Below, in pieces: positions 28,970-38,574 of a stretch of 49,595 nucleotides of DNA (within the stretch, counting starts at the first letter, position 1; the number at the start of each line of letters is the position of its first letter). This stretch comes from a bacterium. GTDB taxonomy: Bacteria; SZUA-182; DTGQ01; JAFGSM01. The notes under the pieces were generated by a model. The model worked only from the letters and a program-made list of their open reading frames with translations, did not search any database and was not told the DNA's origin. The position numbers were made by a program, and so were the translations under genes. Location: assembly GCA_049472315.1 (NCBI GenBank), contig JBLIRN010000021.1:1-49595 (forward strand), written 5' to 3'.

Positions 28970-30715
28970 ATGTCGAAGCTACTAAAGGGAATCCCCGTAT
29001 CCTCCGGGATCGGCATCGGCCGCGCGTTTCTCCTGGATCGTCGCAAGATAAAGGTGGAAAAATATCCGATCAAGGCCGAGGACGTGCCCAGGGAAAAAGA
29101 GCGATTTCACAAGGCCCTGGACATGGCTAAGAATCAGCTCCTGGAGATAAAGGAGAATCTGATCAAGGAGCTCGGTGATAAGGGGCACGCCCATATTGTC
29201 GATGTCCATATCCTGATCCTCGAGGACGAGATGCTCATCAATGAGGCGATAAAGATCGTGGAGCAGGAACGGGTGAACGCCGAGTGGGCGTTGCGGACCG
29301 TGCTGAGCCAGTTCGTCAATATCTTCGAGGGGCTCGAGGACACCTACCTCAAGGAGCGGCGCAGCGACATCGAACATGTGGGGGAACGGATCCTGAGAAA
29401 TCTGGTGGGAAAGACCATCAAAAACATCAGCGAACTGGACCAGGATGTCGTGGTCATCGCCCATGACCTTTCACCCGCAGACACCGCTCAGATGCACAAG
29501 GGAAAGGTGATCGCCTTTGCCACGGATATGGGTGGGAGGACCTCCCACACGGCAATAACCGCGCGATCACTGGAGATACCCGCAGTAGTCGGGCTGGAGA
29601 ATGTTTCCGCCACGGTGAAGACCGGTGACCCGGTAATTGTGGACGGCAACGAAGGTCTTTTGGTTATCAATCCCACCCCCGGTGAATTCAGGACGTACCT
29701 GGATAAACAGAAGCACTACAAGTACATCGTTTCAGAACTGCTGCGGCTCAAGGACCAGCCGGCTGAAACGAGTGACGGCTACCGGGTGGATCTGAAGGCA
29801 AACATAGAATTTTTCGATGAAATCCCCAATCTCCTGGCACGGGGCGCCGAGGGGATAGGGCTCTACCGGACCGAATTCCTCTATATGAACCGGAAGGACC
29901 TCCCCACTGAAGAGGAGCATTTCCAGATTTACAAGAGGCTCGCCGAGCGTATCTCCCCCTATACGGCGGTCATACGAACCCTGGATATGGGCGGGGATAA
30001 GATCGATTCCCAGTTGCATGCCACTGAGGAACCGAATCCGGTCCTGGGGCTGAGGGCAATACGTTTTTCACTCAAACACCAGGACCTCTTCAAGCTGCAG
30101 CTCAGGGCCATTCTTCGTGCGAGCGCCTTCGGAAAATTGAAGATCCTCTACCCCATGATCTCCGGGATCAGCGAACTCCGCCAGGCAAACGACATCCTGG
30201 ACAGCGTCAAACAGGAGCTGATATCAAAGGGCATCTATTTTGACGAGGGAATACAGGTCGGGGCGATGATCGAGATCCCCTCCGCTGCAATGACCGTGGA
30301 TTTTCTTGCCAAAGAGGTCGACTACATCAGCATTGGGACTAATGACCTGATCCAGTACTCGATTGCCATAGACCGTGCAAATGAACATGTGGCCTACCTC
30401 TATGAGCCGCTGCACCCGGCAGTCCTCAGGAGCATCAAGCAATGCGTGGTCAGCGCACACAGCGAGGGGATCAGGGTGGCGATGTGCGGAGAGATGGCGG
30501 GCGATCCCTTGTGCACCCTCATCCTCATCGGCCTCGGCATGGATGAACTGAGCATGAATGCCTCATCACTGCCCATAATCAAAAAGATCATACGCTCGGT
30601 TCGATACCAGCAGGCTGCGGAGATCGTCTATCGGGTCATGCTCCTTTCCTCCGCCCCGGAGATTGAGGAATACGTGGGAAAAACAATGAGGCGACTCTTC
30701 CCGGAATTTTTTTAG
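28970..30715 (+). CDS. ptsI: PEP-protein phosphotransferase (Enzyme I)
   Basis: GGRTSHTAI (phospho-His), GIGLYRTEFL, RTLDMGGDK, SIGTNDLIQY, MCGEMAG; ATG 28970. Confidence 0.97.
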   Translation: MSKLLKGIPVSSGIGIGRAFLLDRRKIKVEKYPIKAEDVPREKERFHKALDMAKNQLLEIKENLIKELGDKGHAHIVDVHILILEDEMLINEAIKIVEQERVNAEWALRTVLSQFVNIFEGLEDTYLKERRSDIEHVGERILRNLVGKTIKNISELDQDVVVIAHDLSPADTAQMHKGKVIAFATDMGGRTSHTAITARSLEIPAVVGLENVSATVKTGDPVIVDGNEGLLVINPTPGEFRTYLDKQKHYKYIVSELLRLKDQPAETSDGYRVDLKANIEFFDEIPNLLARGAEGIGLYRTEFLYMNRKDLPTEEEHFQIYKRLAERISPYTAVIRTLDMGGDKIDSQLHATEEPNPVLGLRAIRFSLKHQDLFKLQLRAILRASAFGKLKILYPMISGISELRQANDILDSVKQELISKGIYFDEGIQVGAMIEIPSAAMTVDFLAKEVDYISIGTNDLIQYSIAIDRANEHVAYLYEPLHPAVLRSIKQCVVSAHSEGIRVAMCGEMAGDPLCTLILIGLGMDELSMNASSLPIIKKIIRSVRYQQAAEIVYRVMLLSSAPEIEEYVGKTMRRLFPEFF

Positions 30716-30788
30716 CACCATTGCCGTTTCCCGCCGGCTTCCATGCATCCCGCGGCGAGAGCCTTTCGATGGATATGCAGTGTCTTCA

Positions 30789-31850
30789 ATGAGCAAAGAA
30801 AAACCTACCGCCCGGTCGTGTGTTCGATGCGGTATCTGCCTCGGCACATGCCCCGTGTATCGCGTTTCCAGGATCGAGACCGAATCGCCCCGCGGCAGAT
30901 TGGAGCTCATGAGGGTATTGGAGGAACGGGATTTTACCCCATCAGGGCCTTTTCCTGCCTCCCTGTCGAACTGTCTTTTCTGCCTCCGATGCCAAAAGGC
31001 ATGCCCCGCCGGGGTGGCATTCGACCGTATCCTCTTTCAGGCCATGGAATATCTCTCACCCGAGGGAGGTATGAGTGACGAAACAGCTCCTTTTATGAGA
31101 TCGCAATGTCCAGTATCCGATCTCGGACTCGAGGCCGTTGACCGCTGGATCAAGACGGAATTGAAAGCGACATCGGGGGTGGTGGTATTTCCCGGATGTT
31201 TGGAGGGGACTGATGAGCGGGAACGAATGCGTGTGGGGCTTGCAAGGAAGGGTATTGATGCGGTCATTGCCCCGGAGGGGATGTGCTGCGGACTCCCCTA
31301 TCTCCTCAGGGGTGACCGTATGGGCGCCGAAGGGGTGGTGAAGCGGAACATGGATGCCTTTGAAAGGCTGCACGCCTCGATCATCGCCACCCCCTGCCCC
31401 TTTTGCCTCGAGACATTCCGCCGTTACTATCCCTTGCTATACAAGGGAGGGATTGATATGACATTCGGGCATTGTGCCGATCTGATACCCGTGCGGAAAT
31501 CCATGCCCGGGGTGCTGAAGAGTAAGAAAGTCGCCTATCATCCGCCTTGTTTATTGGATATAAAGGTCGCACGCCATCACCGAAAAATCATAGAGAAATG
31601 GACCGGCAGTGCATATGTCACGCTGCCTGAGCAGATCTGTTGCGGCCACGGGTTTGGGCTTTCCTCCCGTGGCGCGGAGCCTTCCGCGGAGATATGCCGG
31701 ACCAATCTCCTCATGATGGCCGATAAGGGAGTCCATGTGCTGGTCACGGATTGCCCTTCCTGCACAATCCAATGGAGCGAAGGTGCGCGCAGGGAAGGAC
31801 TGGACATCGAAATAATTCCCTTGTGGAATTTGGTGTTATATCCGGATTAG
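30789..31850 (+). CDS. Fe-S oxidoreductase subunit, GlcF-like (two 4Fe-4S motifs plus CCG domains)
   Basis: CVRCGICLGTCP, CLFCLRCQKACP, FPGC, MCCG, TPCPFC, ICCG, TDCPSC. Confidence 0.85.
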   Translation: MSKEKPTARSCVRCGICLGTCPVYRVSRIETESPRGRLELMRVLEERDFTPSGPFPASLSNCLFCLRCQKACPAGVAFDRILFQAMEYLSPEGGMSDETAPFMRSQCPVSDLGLEAVDRWIKTELKATSGVVVFPGCLEGTDERERMRVGLARKGIDAVIAPEGMCCGLPYLLRGDRMGAEGVVKRNMDAFERLHASIIATPCPFCLETFRRYYPLLYKGGIDMTFGHCADLIPVRKSMPGVLKSKKVAYHPPCLLDIKVARHHRKIIEKWTGSAYVTLPEQICCGHGFGLSSRGAEPSAEICRTNLLMMADKGVHVLVTDCPSCTIQWSEGARREGLDIEIIPLWNLVLYPD

Positions 31851-31851
31851 C

Positions 31852-31867
31852 TGGTATATTTATTGCA
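31852..31867 (+). promoter_or_regulatory. Candidate sigma54 promoter upstream of the Gly/Tyr-rich gene
   Basis: TGGTATATTTATTGCA, GG-N10-GC spacing, intergenic and co-directional with the gene at 32180. Confidence 0.5.
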
Positions 31868-32179
31868 TTAGATCTAATAAGATTTGGGTTCCGTGGGTGT
31901 GCCGTGTGCACGCCCCGTGCCGTATGTCCTGGTGGACATTGCCAATATATTAAAAGAGGCAGGCTTATCACGGTTCGCACCGTTGGTGTGATTCCATAGG
32001 GGAACCGGCGGACTCTTGAATTCTATACAAAGGAGATATGCAAAACAGGTCACATCATCGATGACACCACGTCATAAATCGTGCACTCCATTTCCATGAA
32101 AGGGGGGATGGGCAACATCAAAGGGCCGGCTCATCATTAAAGGGCTTAGCGTAAGACGTCTTAAGATAAGGAGAAAAAG

Positions 32180-32842
32180 GTGAAACGAGAACAGAAAGGA
32201 ATTGGGGGTTTATTGATCATCGGCGCCCTGTGCGCATTCCTTATTTTCATCTGCCTGGCCATTCCTTCCGAATCCCAGTCATATTATGGCGGCGGCTACT
32301 ATGGCGGCGGGTACTATGGTGGCGGCGGGTATTATCCCGGCGGGAGCATGTATGGCGGCGGCTACTATGGCGGCGGCGGGTATTATCCCGGCGGGAGCAT
32401 GTATGGCGGCGGATATTACGGCGGCGGCGGGTATTATCCCGGCGGGAGCATGTATGGCGGCGGATATTACGGCGGCTATGGGAGTTCCATGTATTCGGGT
32501 ATGGGCTATGCGGGCTACGGATATCCCGGCATGTACAACTCGGGTGCCTACGCCACCATGGGTCCGTTCGGGTATACCGGCGTCTACCAGCCTGGATACG
32601 GGTTCTTTAACCTCCCCCCGGGAAGCATCGCGCCATACTCGATAAGCGGCGATTGGCTGAAGGGGGCATACATGCCCCAAATGCCCGGGTTCTTCCAGAT
32701 GTATCCGGGTTCCGGGGGCTTGCTATATTCCTACGGGCAGGGGTCCTCAGGTTCCAACTACCTGGGGATGTCCATTCTGGGCTCTCGTAGTGCCATCGCC
32801 GGCCTGGGCGGATTTCCGGGTATGTGGGGAGGATTCTGGTAA
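32180..32842 (+). CDS. Secreted Gly/Tyr-rich low-complexity repeat protein
   Basis: SD AAGGAG before GTG; signal peptide, then QSYYGGGYYGGG and (GGGGYYPGGSMYGGGYY)x3; repeat differences are synonymous; terminator downstream. Confidence 0.85.
   Translation: MKREQKGIGGLLIIGALCAFLIFICLAIPSESQSYYGGGYYGGGYYGGGGYYPGGSMYGGGYYGGGGYYPGGSMYGGGYYGGGGYYPGGSMYGGGYYGGYGSSMYSGMGYAGYGYPGMYNSGAYATMGPFGYTGVYQPGYGFFNLPPGSIAPYSISGDWLKGAYMPQMPGFFQMYPGSGGLLYSYGQGSSGSNYLGMSILGSRSAIAGLGGFPGMWGGFW
32318..32470 (+). repeat. Three tandem 51-bp coding repeats
   Basis: GGYGGCGGCGGGTATTATCCCGGCGGGAGCATGTATGGCGGCGGMTAYTAY at 32318, 32369 and 32420; copies 2 and 3 are identical. Confidence 0.92.
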
Positions 32843-32875
32843 TACCGAAAGGCCGATAGCACAAATAAATCAAAC

Positions 32876-32929
32876 AAGGGGGTTTTCCTTCCGCACGCGC
32901 GATAAGGGACACCCCCTTTTTCCTTTTTT
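32876..32929 (+). terminator. Intrinsic terminator after the Gly/Tyr-rich gene
   Basis: AAGGGGGTTTTCCTT...AAGGGACACCCCCTT stem followed by a T-rich tail. Confidence 0.7.
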
Positions 32930-33160
32930 CATCAATTCGAGACCATTCCGTATTGATGTTCCCGCATCTTGTCGGCAGGAGGCGATCGGAGGATTGCACT
33001 CATGACCGGCGGCGGAGTCGTCCATGTGAGCACATACGCCCGCGGACGTTCCCGGACGTGCGATTCAGAAGTACGATTTCTGAGTCGTGAGGTCCTTCCT
33101 TGACACCGGAGGGGCTTTTGGGTAAAAATATGGGTTCTTGATTTCAGGAGAATCGATCAC

Positions 33161-34417
33161 ATGAAAGAGACCCTTGCACAGAAGATTATCAGCGAGCATT
33201 GCGGGAGGCACGTTGAGCCCGGGGAGCTGGTGGTGGTGCCCATCGACTGGGCCATGACCCAGGACGGCACCGGCCCCCTGGCGGTGCAGCAGGTGGAGCG
33301 GCTGGGATTTGACCGGGTATTCGACCCGCAGCGGGTGATCCTCTTCATCGACCATTCGGCCCCCAGCCCCCGAAAGGAACTCTCCGATGCACACCGGCAG
33401 CTCAGGGCATTTGCCGCAAAAACCGGGGCGCGCCTGTCCGATGTGGGGGAAGGGGTGTGTCACCAGCGGCTGGTGGAGGAGTTCATCCGTCCGGGTGATA
33501 TCCTGATCGGTGCCGATTCGCATACCTGCACCGCAGGCGCTTTGGCCGCCTTTGCCACGGGCATGGGCTCCACGGACGTGGCCGTTGGTATGGCGCTTGG
33601 AAAGACCTGGCTGCGGGTACCTGAAACCATCCGGATCGATGTCTGCGGCACCTTCCCGGCGGGGACCTTCGCAAAGGACCTTATACTGCGGATCATCGGT
33701 GAGATCGGAGCCGACGGCGCCACGTATGCGGCGCTGGAGTTCGGCGGGCCGGCTATCCGCAGCATGCCCATGTCCGACCGTTTTACTCTCACCAACATGG
33801 CGGTGGAGGCGGGGGCAAAGACCGGTTTGATCGCCTCGGACGAGGTGTGCCGCGAATATCTCGATCAGCAGGGAAGGGCCGGGGATTACCGGGAGATTCA
33901 TCCCGATGAAGGGGCGCGCTATCTGCAAACCCTGAGCGTGAACCTCGCTGAAATGCGGCCCCTGGTGGCCACTCCCCACCGGGTTGACTCGGTGAGCCCC
34001 GTTGAAGAGGTTGCAGGGACGAGGGTGGACCAGGTATTCATCGGCACCTGCACCAACGGCAGGGTCGATGACCTGCGAATCGCCTCCCGAATCTTGCGAG
34101 GGCACCGGGTTGCCGCCCATACCCGTTTGATTGTGGTGCCCGCATCGAGAAGCGTATTCCTTCAGGCCATGGAGGAGGGTATCATGAGGGACCTGGTGGA
34201 GGCCGGAGCGGTGGTGCTCGCCCCGGGATGCGGTCCCTGTGTGGGCATCCACGAGGGTATCCTGGGTGAGGAAGAGGTGTGCCTGAGTACTCAAAACAGA
34301 AATTTTTTGGGCAGGATGGGAAATCCCAAGGGATTCATCTATCTTGCCTCGCCCGCCACTGCTGCATACTCGGCCCTCAAGGGAGAGATCGCCGATCCCA
34401 GGGAGGTGTTCCCATGA
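33161..34417 (+). CDS. leuC: 3-isopropylmalate dehydratase / homoaconitase family large subunit (short type)
   Basis: GADSHTCTAGA, GMGSTD, FIGTCTNGR, PGCGPCVG, STQNRNFLGRMG, YLASPATAA. Confidence 0.88.
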   Translation: MKETLAQKIISEHCGRHVEPGELVVVPIDWAMTQDGTGPLAVQQVERLGFDRVFDPQRVILFIDHSAPSPRKELSDAHRQLRAFAAKTGARLSDVGEGVCHQRLVEEFIRPGDILIGADSHTCTAGALAAFATGMGSTDVAVGMALGKTWLRVPETIRIDVCGTFPAGTFAKDLILRIIGEIGADGATYAALEFGGPAIRSMPMSDRFTLTNMAVEAGAKTGLIASDEVCREYLDQQGRAGDYREIHPDEGARYLQTLSVNLAEMRPLVATPHRVDSVSPVEEVAGTRVDQVFIGTCTNGRVDDLRIASRILRGHRVAAHTRLIVVPASRSVFLQAMEEGIMRDLVEAGAVVLAPGCGPCVGIHEGILGEEEVCLSTQNRNFLGRMGNPKGFIYLASPATAAYSALKGEIADPREVFP

Positions 34418-34911
34418 TAACCGGAAGGGTATGGAAATTCGGTGATGACATCAGCACCGACCTCATTGCCCCGGGACGGCTCTTTCACCTCAGGACGAAT
34501 CTCCCTGAGTTGGCCAAGCATGTGCTGGAGGATGCCGACCCCGACTTTCCGAAAAAGGTCAAACCGGGGGATATCATCGTCGCGGGGAAGAACTTCGGCC
34601 TCGGCTCGAGCAGGGAGCATGCCCCCCTCATCATCAAAATGGCCGGGGTGGGAGCGGTGCTGGCAAAATCCTTTGCCCGGATCTTCTACCGGAATGCCAT
34701 CAACATTGGTCTTCCCCTCCTTGATCTCGATACGGACCCCATCCCGGAGGGGACAATCCTGGAGATCGACCTGATCAAGGGGAGTGTGAAGGATCGGGAG
34801 GGTGGAATCAATCTTCAGGCGACCCCGGTCCCCCCTTTTATGATAAGGATTCTTGAGGAGGGGGGGCTTGTTCCCCACATACGGAAACACGGGGATTTCC
34901 TATTGAAGTGA
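34414..34911 (+). CDS. leuD: 3-isopropylmalate dehydratase / homoaconitase family small subunit
   Basis: GRVWKFGDDISTD, AGKNFGLGSSREHA, SFARIFYRNAINIG; ATGA overlap with leuC. Confidence 0.88.
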   Translation: MITGRVWKFGDDISTDLIAPGRLFHLRTNLPELAKHVLEDADPDFPKKVKPGDIIVAGKNFGLGSSREHAPLIIKMAGVGAVLAKSFARIFYRNAINIGLPLLDLDTDPIPEGTILEIDLIKGSVKDREGGINLQATPVPPFMIRILEEGGLVPHIRKHGDFLLK

Positions 34912-34977
34912 CAGCATCCCCGGGGATGTATCCATTGTCACCGTCCCAAGAAGGCACGAACGATTAGGGAAAAGGGC

Positions 34978-35436
34978 ATAGACTGGCGCACACTCTTTAT
35001 CAAGGCCGTTGACACCGGTCTCGGGGTGGGATATCTCCCCCTTTGTCCCGGAACCTTCGGCACCCTCCTTGCCGTGGGTCTTTACTTCCTCCTCAGTCGT
35101 TTGAAACCTCCCTTCCTGATTCTGGTGATCATGGCCCTGTTTTTTTTAGGGGCATGGAGTGCGTCTCAGGGCGAGCTGCTCTGGCAGCAGAAGGATCCCG
35201 GGAAGGTGGTCATCGATGAGATCGTCGGCTATCTCATCACCGTGTGTCTTGTTCCCTTTGATCTGAAGGGTGCGGCTGCCGGGTTTATTCTCTTCCGCCT
35301 CTTCGACATACTGAAGCCCTTTCCAATACGGAAGATCGAAGGCATTCGGGGTGGTTGGGGGATCATGCTCGACGATGCGGTTGCCGGGGTGTATGCGGCG
35401 ATACTCCTGCGGGTGCTTTGGGGGATCATCGGGTAA
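34978..35436 (+). CDS. pgpA: Phosphatidylglycerophosphatase A (probable ATA start at 34978; first canonical start GTG 35026)
   Basis: TGLGVGYLPLCPGTFGTL, KDPGKVVIDEIVG, FRLFDILKPFPI, GIMLDDAVAG. Confidence 0.9.
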   Translation: MDWRTLFIKAVDTGLGVGYLPLCPGTFGTLLAVGLYFLLSRLKPPFLILVIMALFFLGAWSASQGELLWQQKDPGKVVIDEIVGYLITVCLVPFDLKGAAAGFILFRLFDILKPFPIRKIEGIRGGWGIMLDDAVAGVYAAILLRVLWGIIG

Positions 35437-35503
35437 TGGATGCACCCACCTTCCCGCAGGACGGTGCCGGTAATTTTGTGCAAAGGTGACGATTAGATAC
35501 TGT

Positions 35504-36292
35504 ATGAACCTTCTTGTTGATATTCTTTTCTATCCATGCCTTTTGGTATTGGGCCTGATCGTGGGGAGCTTCCTGAATGTGTGCATATGGCGGATCCCTC
35601 GAGGCGAGTCAATCGTCCTGCCTGCCTCACATTGTCCCAAGTGCGGTATGCCGCTTCGATTCTACGACAATATTCCGGTGCTGAGCTACCTGCTCCTGGG
35701 GGGACGGTGCAGGGGATGCCATGAGCGGATCTCCTGGCAGTATCCCCTCGTCGAATCGCTTAATTGCTTCCTGTACCTGCTGGTCGGGTGGCGGTTCGGC
35801 CCCTCCTGGCCCATCATCCCCTATTGTGCCTTTGTCAGCGCCCTCATCGTGGTGACGTTCATCGATATACACCATCTCATCATTCCCGATGTCATCACGC
35901 TGCCCGGCATTGTCCTGGGGATTCTGGTGAGTTTTCTCCCCTTTGTGTGGGTAAGCCCGGTTGACTCATTGATCGGGGCCGTTGCCTGCGGGGGGTGTTT
36001 TTTCATCATCGCCATCCTCAGCAAGCTTATCTGGAAACGGGACGGCATGGGCGGGGGGGATGTAAAGCTCATTGCCATGATCGGCGCCTTTCTGGGATGG
36101 CAGGGCGGGGTGGTGACCATCTTCTGGGCATCCCTCCTCGGGTCGTTGTTCGGGGGGTTCCTCATCGTGATACGAAGGAAGGGGAGAAAGGATGTGATTC
36201 CCTTTGGTCCGTTCCTATGCCTTGGGGCCTTGATCAGCCTGCTCTTCGGCCCTGAAATGATCCTGTGGTATCGCAACCTGCTGTGGCCTTAG
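35504..36292 (+). CDS. pilD: Type IV prepilin peptidase / N-methyltransferase
   Basis: GSFLNVCIWRIP, SHCPKC, GRCRGC, FID, GMGGGDVKL, IPFGPFL. Confidence 0.95.
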   Translation: MNLLVDILFYPCLLVLGLIVGSFLNVCIWRIPRGESIVLPASHCPKCGMPLRFYDNIPVLSYLLLGGRCRGCHERISWQYPLVESLNCFLYLLVGWRFGPSWPIIPYCAFVSALIVVTFIDIHHLIIPDVITLPGIVLGILVSFLPFVWVSPVDSLIGAVACGGCFFIIAILSKLIWKRDGMGGGDVKLIAMIGAFLGWQGGVVTIFWASLLGSLFGGFLIVIRRKGRKDVIPFGPFLCLGALISLLFGPEMILWYRNLLWP

Positions 36293-36561
36293 CCCGCCTT
36301 ATCTCCATTTTCTATGGATATATTCATCTTTTTCAATGCCTTCATGACCGCCTTATCGAGCATGTTGCTGATATCGTCGCTCATCTTGTTGATATGGCCG
36401 AAGAATTCCCTGATAAAGCACGGCCTGTCAGAGTCAGAAACGATTCCCTTCCGCATGAGGCACGAGAAGATGTAGTCCGCCTTGTCCTCGAGCTTGCCCT
36501 CGGTGTTGGCAATGGGGGTCAAAATGCTCGTGAGGATCCTTTTTTTGACTCTCTTGTACAT
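36289..36561 (-). CDS. Small helical protein, weakly phasin-like (COG3937-type)
   Basis: SD GGAGG; 90 aa; KADYIFSCLMRKG and LDKAVMKALKKMNI resemble granule-associated small proteins by eye. Confidence 0.6.
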   Translation of the reverse strand: MYKRVKKRILTSILTPIANTEGKLEDKADYIFSCLMRKGIVSDSDRPCFIREFFGHINKMSDDISNMLDKAVMKALKKMNISIENGDKAG

Positions 36562-37323
36562 CCTGCACCTCCAAGGCTAAAATCCTGGTCGATGGTTCGC
36601 GTGAGCTGAATACCAATCAGACTATATTCATATCAATTCGAAAAAAAATAATCAAATGCACCGGGAATCCCGCCCTGAAATTATGCATATCGACAATTCT
36701 CATCTTGTTATTGCGTTGTCATGGGAAGAGATGGCAACTTCCGCACCAATGGTTCAAGATTTGAATTGTTTTCATATACATATAGACAGTCTTTCCCTAT
36801 GCAAACTTATGAATACAGATGATGCATCATGCTGATGCACCACCCGCTACCCGGTATCATACCGTAATTTTTTGTGCGGGAGCAGACATGTCTGCCTACG
36901 CTCCGTGGCTCCACATTCGAAGTTGGAACTGTTGTATATACACCAACAATTCTAATTTTGATGTAGCATCGTTGTGGGCGGACATGTTTACGGAGCGAGC
37001 TTAGAAAATTAAAAAAGCCTGTCCTTTTAGCGGAGTAAATATGTCTACTTATACTTCCTGCCCGAAGGTCCACAATGAGAATTGCTGGTGCATACACCCG
37101 CTTTCTTGACATCCTTTCCGCGAGTTGGTATTTATTCGATACTCACCACGGATACCATTGTTGGGACGTCAAGTCCTAAGCGAAGGTAAAAATGGGATCA
37201 CCCCTGGACAGTACACGAGCAATCTCTATATCCAGAGTGGATACGGTATATCGTATGTAGGAACGCGGGATTTTCCCATAGGAAACTGAGCAATTGCACA
37301 ACCACTTCAGAGGAGAGGGCACA

Positions 37324-38451
37324 ATGGCAGACAAGAGAGCGGACCTTGCCGGACCGGGAATCGGCGACTATGCGGAGCTTGAAGGGATTCTTCCCCGAGA
37401 TTACACCTCGCTCCTTAATCCGAGAGAAACACAGCAGGCCATCTTTGCGGTAAAAAACTATATCGAAGATAATCTTTGCCGGGAACTCAACTTGATAATG
37501 GTGACGGTCCCGCTTATCGTGGATGTTGAGAGCGGGGTGAACGACTACCTGGATCGCGACGGTTCCCGGACCCCCATCCAGTTCCATATTTCAAACGACC
37601 ACGAAAAGAATCCCATCGATGCCCAGGTGGTGCAGGCTGCGACCAAGTGGAAGCGTATGGCCTTGAAGCAGTTTGGAATGGGAATCGGAGAGGGATTGTG
37701 CACGGATATGCGCGCGGTGCGCAAGGACTATTTTCTCGATCACGACCACAGCGCCTATGTCGACCAGTGGGACTGGGAACTGGCGATAACGGAGGAGCAA
37801 CGGAATCTTGATTTTCTGACCGAGGTGGTGCGGAAGCTATGGAAGGTGATCAAGGGGGCGGAGACATATGTCCAGGATCGCTTTCCAAAGCTGAAGACGG
37901 ACAGGTATCCCAATCTTCCCGAAGAGCTCACCTTTATTCATGCCGAGGATATCCTCGAGATGTATCCGGATATGCCCCGCAAGGAGCGGGAAACCGCAAT
38001 AATCCAAAAATATCCCGCCGTGTTCATCTATGGTATCGGCTGGCCCCTTAAGGACGGCTACCCTCATGAAATGCGTGCAGCGGACTACGACGACTGGGTC
38101 ACGGAGACCGTTTCCAAGGATGGAAGGCCGATGCATGGACTCAATGGCGATATCCTGGTGTGGAACCCGGTGACAGAGCGGCGTCATGAGCTGACCTCCA
38201 TGGGGATTCGTGTCAATGCGGAAACCCTCAAACGGCAGCTCGAAATGGCCAAACAGAACCATTTCCTGAAGCTACCCTATCATCAGGCGGTTCTCAATAA
38301 CTCGATACCGCTCAGCATCGGCGGGGGCATCGGGCAATCCAGGACCATGATGCTTCTTCTAAAGACCGCACATATCGGGGAGGTCAGCGTCACCGTCTGG
38401 CCGAAGATCCTCAAGGAGATGTGCAGAAAGAAAAACATCCATGTCCTGTAA
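37324..38451 (+). CDS. asnA: Aspartate-ammonia ligase
   Basis: VVQAATKWKRMAL, HSAYVDQWDWE, RAADYDDW, GLNGDILVW, ELTSMGIRV, SIGGGIGQSR; ATG 37324 after an AGGAG SD-like tract. Confidence 0.93.
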   Translation: MADKRADLAGPGIGDYAELEGILPRDYTSLLNPRETQQAIFAVKNYIEDNLCRELNLIMVTVPLIVDVESGVNDYLDRDGSRTPIQFHISNDHEKNPIDAQVVQAATKWKRMALKQFGMGIGEGLCTDMRAVRKDYFLDHDHSAYVDQWDWELAITEEQRNLDFLTEVVRKLWKVIKGAETYVQDRFPKLKTDRYPNLPEELTFIHAEDILEMYPDMPRKERETAIIQKYPAVFIYGIGWPLKDGYPHEMRAADYDDWVTETVSKDGRPMHGLNGDILVWNPVTERRHELTSMGIRVNAETLKRQLEMAKQNHFLKLPYHQAVLNNSIPLSIGGGIGQSRTMMLLLKTAHIGEVSVTVWPKILKEMCRKKNIHVL

Positions 38452-38574
38452 TGAGCTGCGATATCCCGGCAGCCCGGTCCGATCTCAAAGAAGCGCAGAA
38501 ATCGTCACAGGGCATCCCGGTCAGTACAAGGAGGGATATTTCATCAGCAAAGGTCCTCCCCGGATCAGGGAGGG

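Noticed and set aside
31907..31922. Minus-strand GG-N10-GC box (CGGCACGGGGCGTGCA)
   Set aside because: Points antisense into the Fe-S gene in GC-rich sequence; probably chance.
32318..32470. CRISPR array
   Set aside because: Head-to-tail in-frame coding repeats without spacers; no cas genes.
34927..34941. CIHCH heme motif in frame between the leuD stop and pgpA
   Set aside because: No start codon or signal peptide upstream; it would require readthrough; treated as coincidence.
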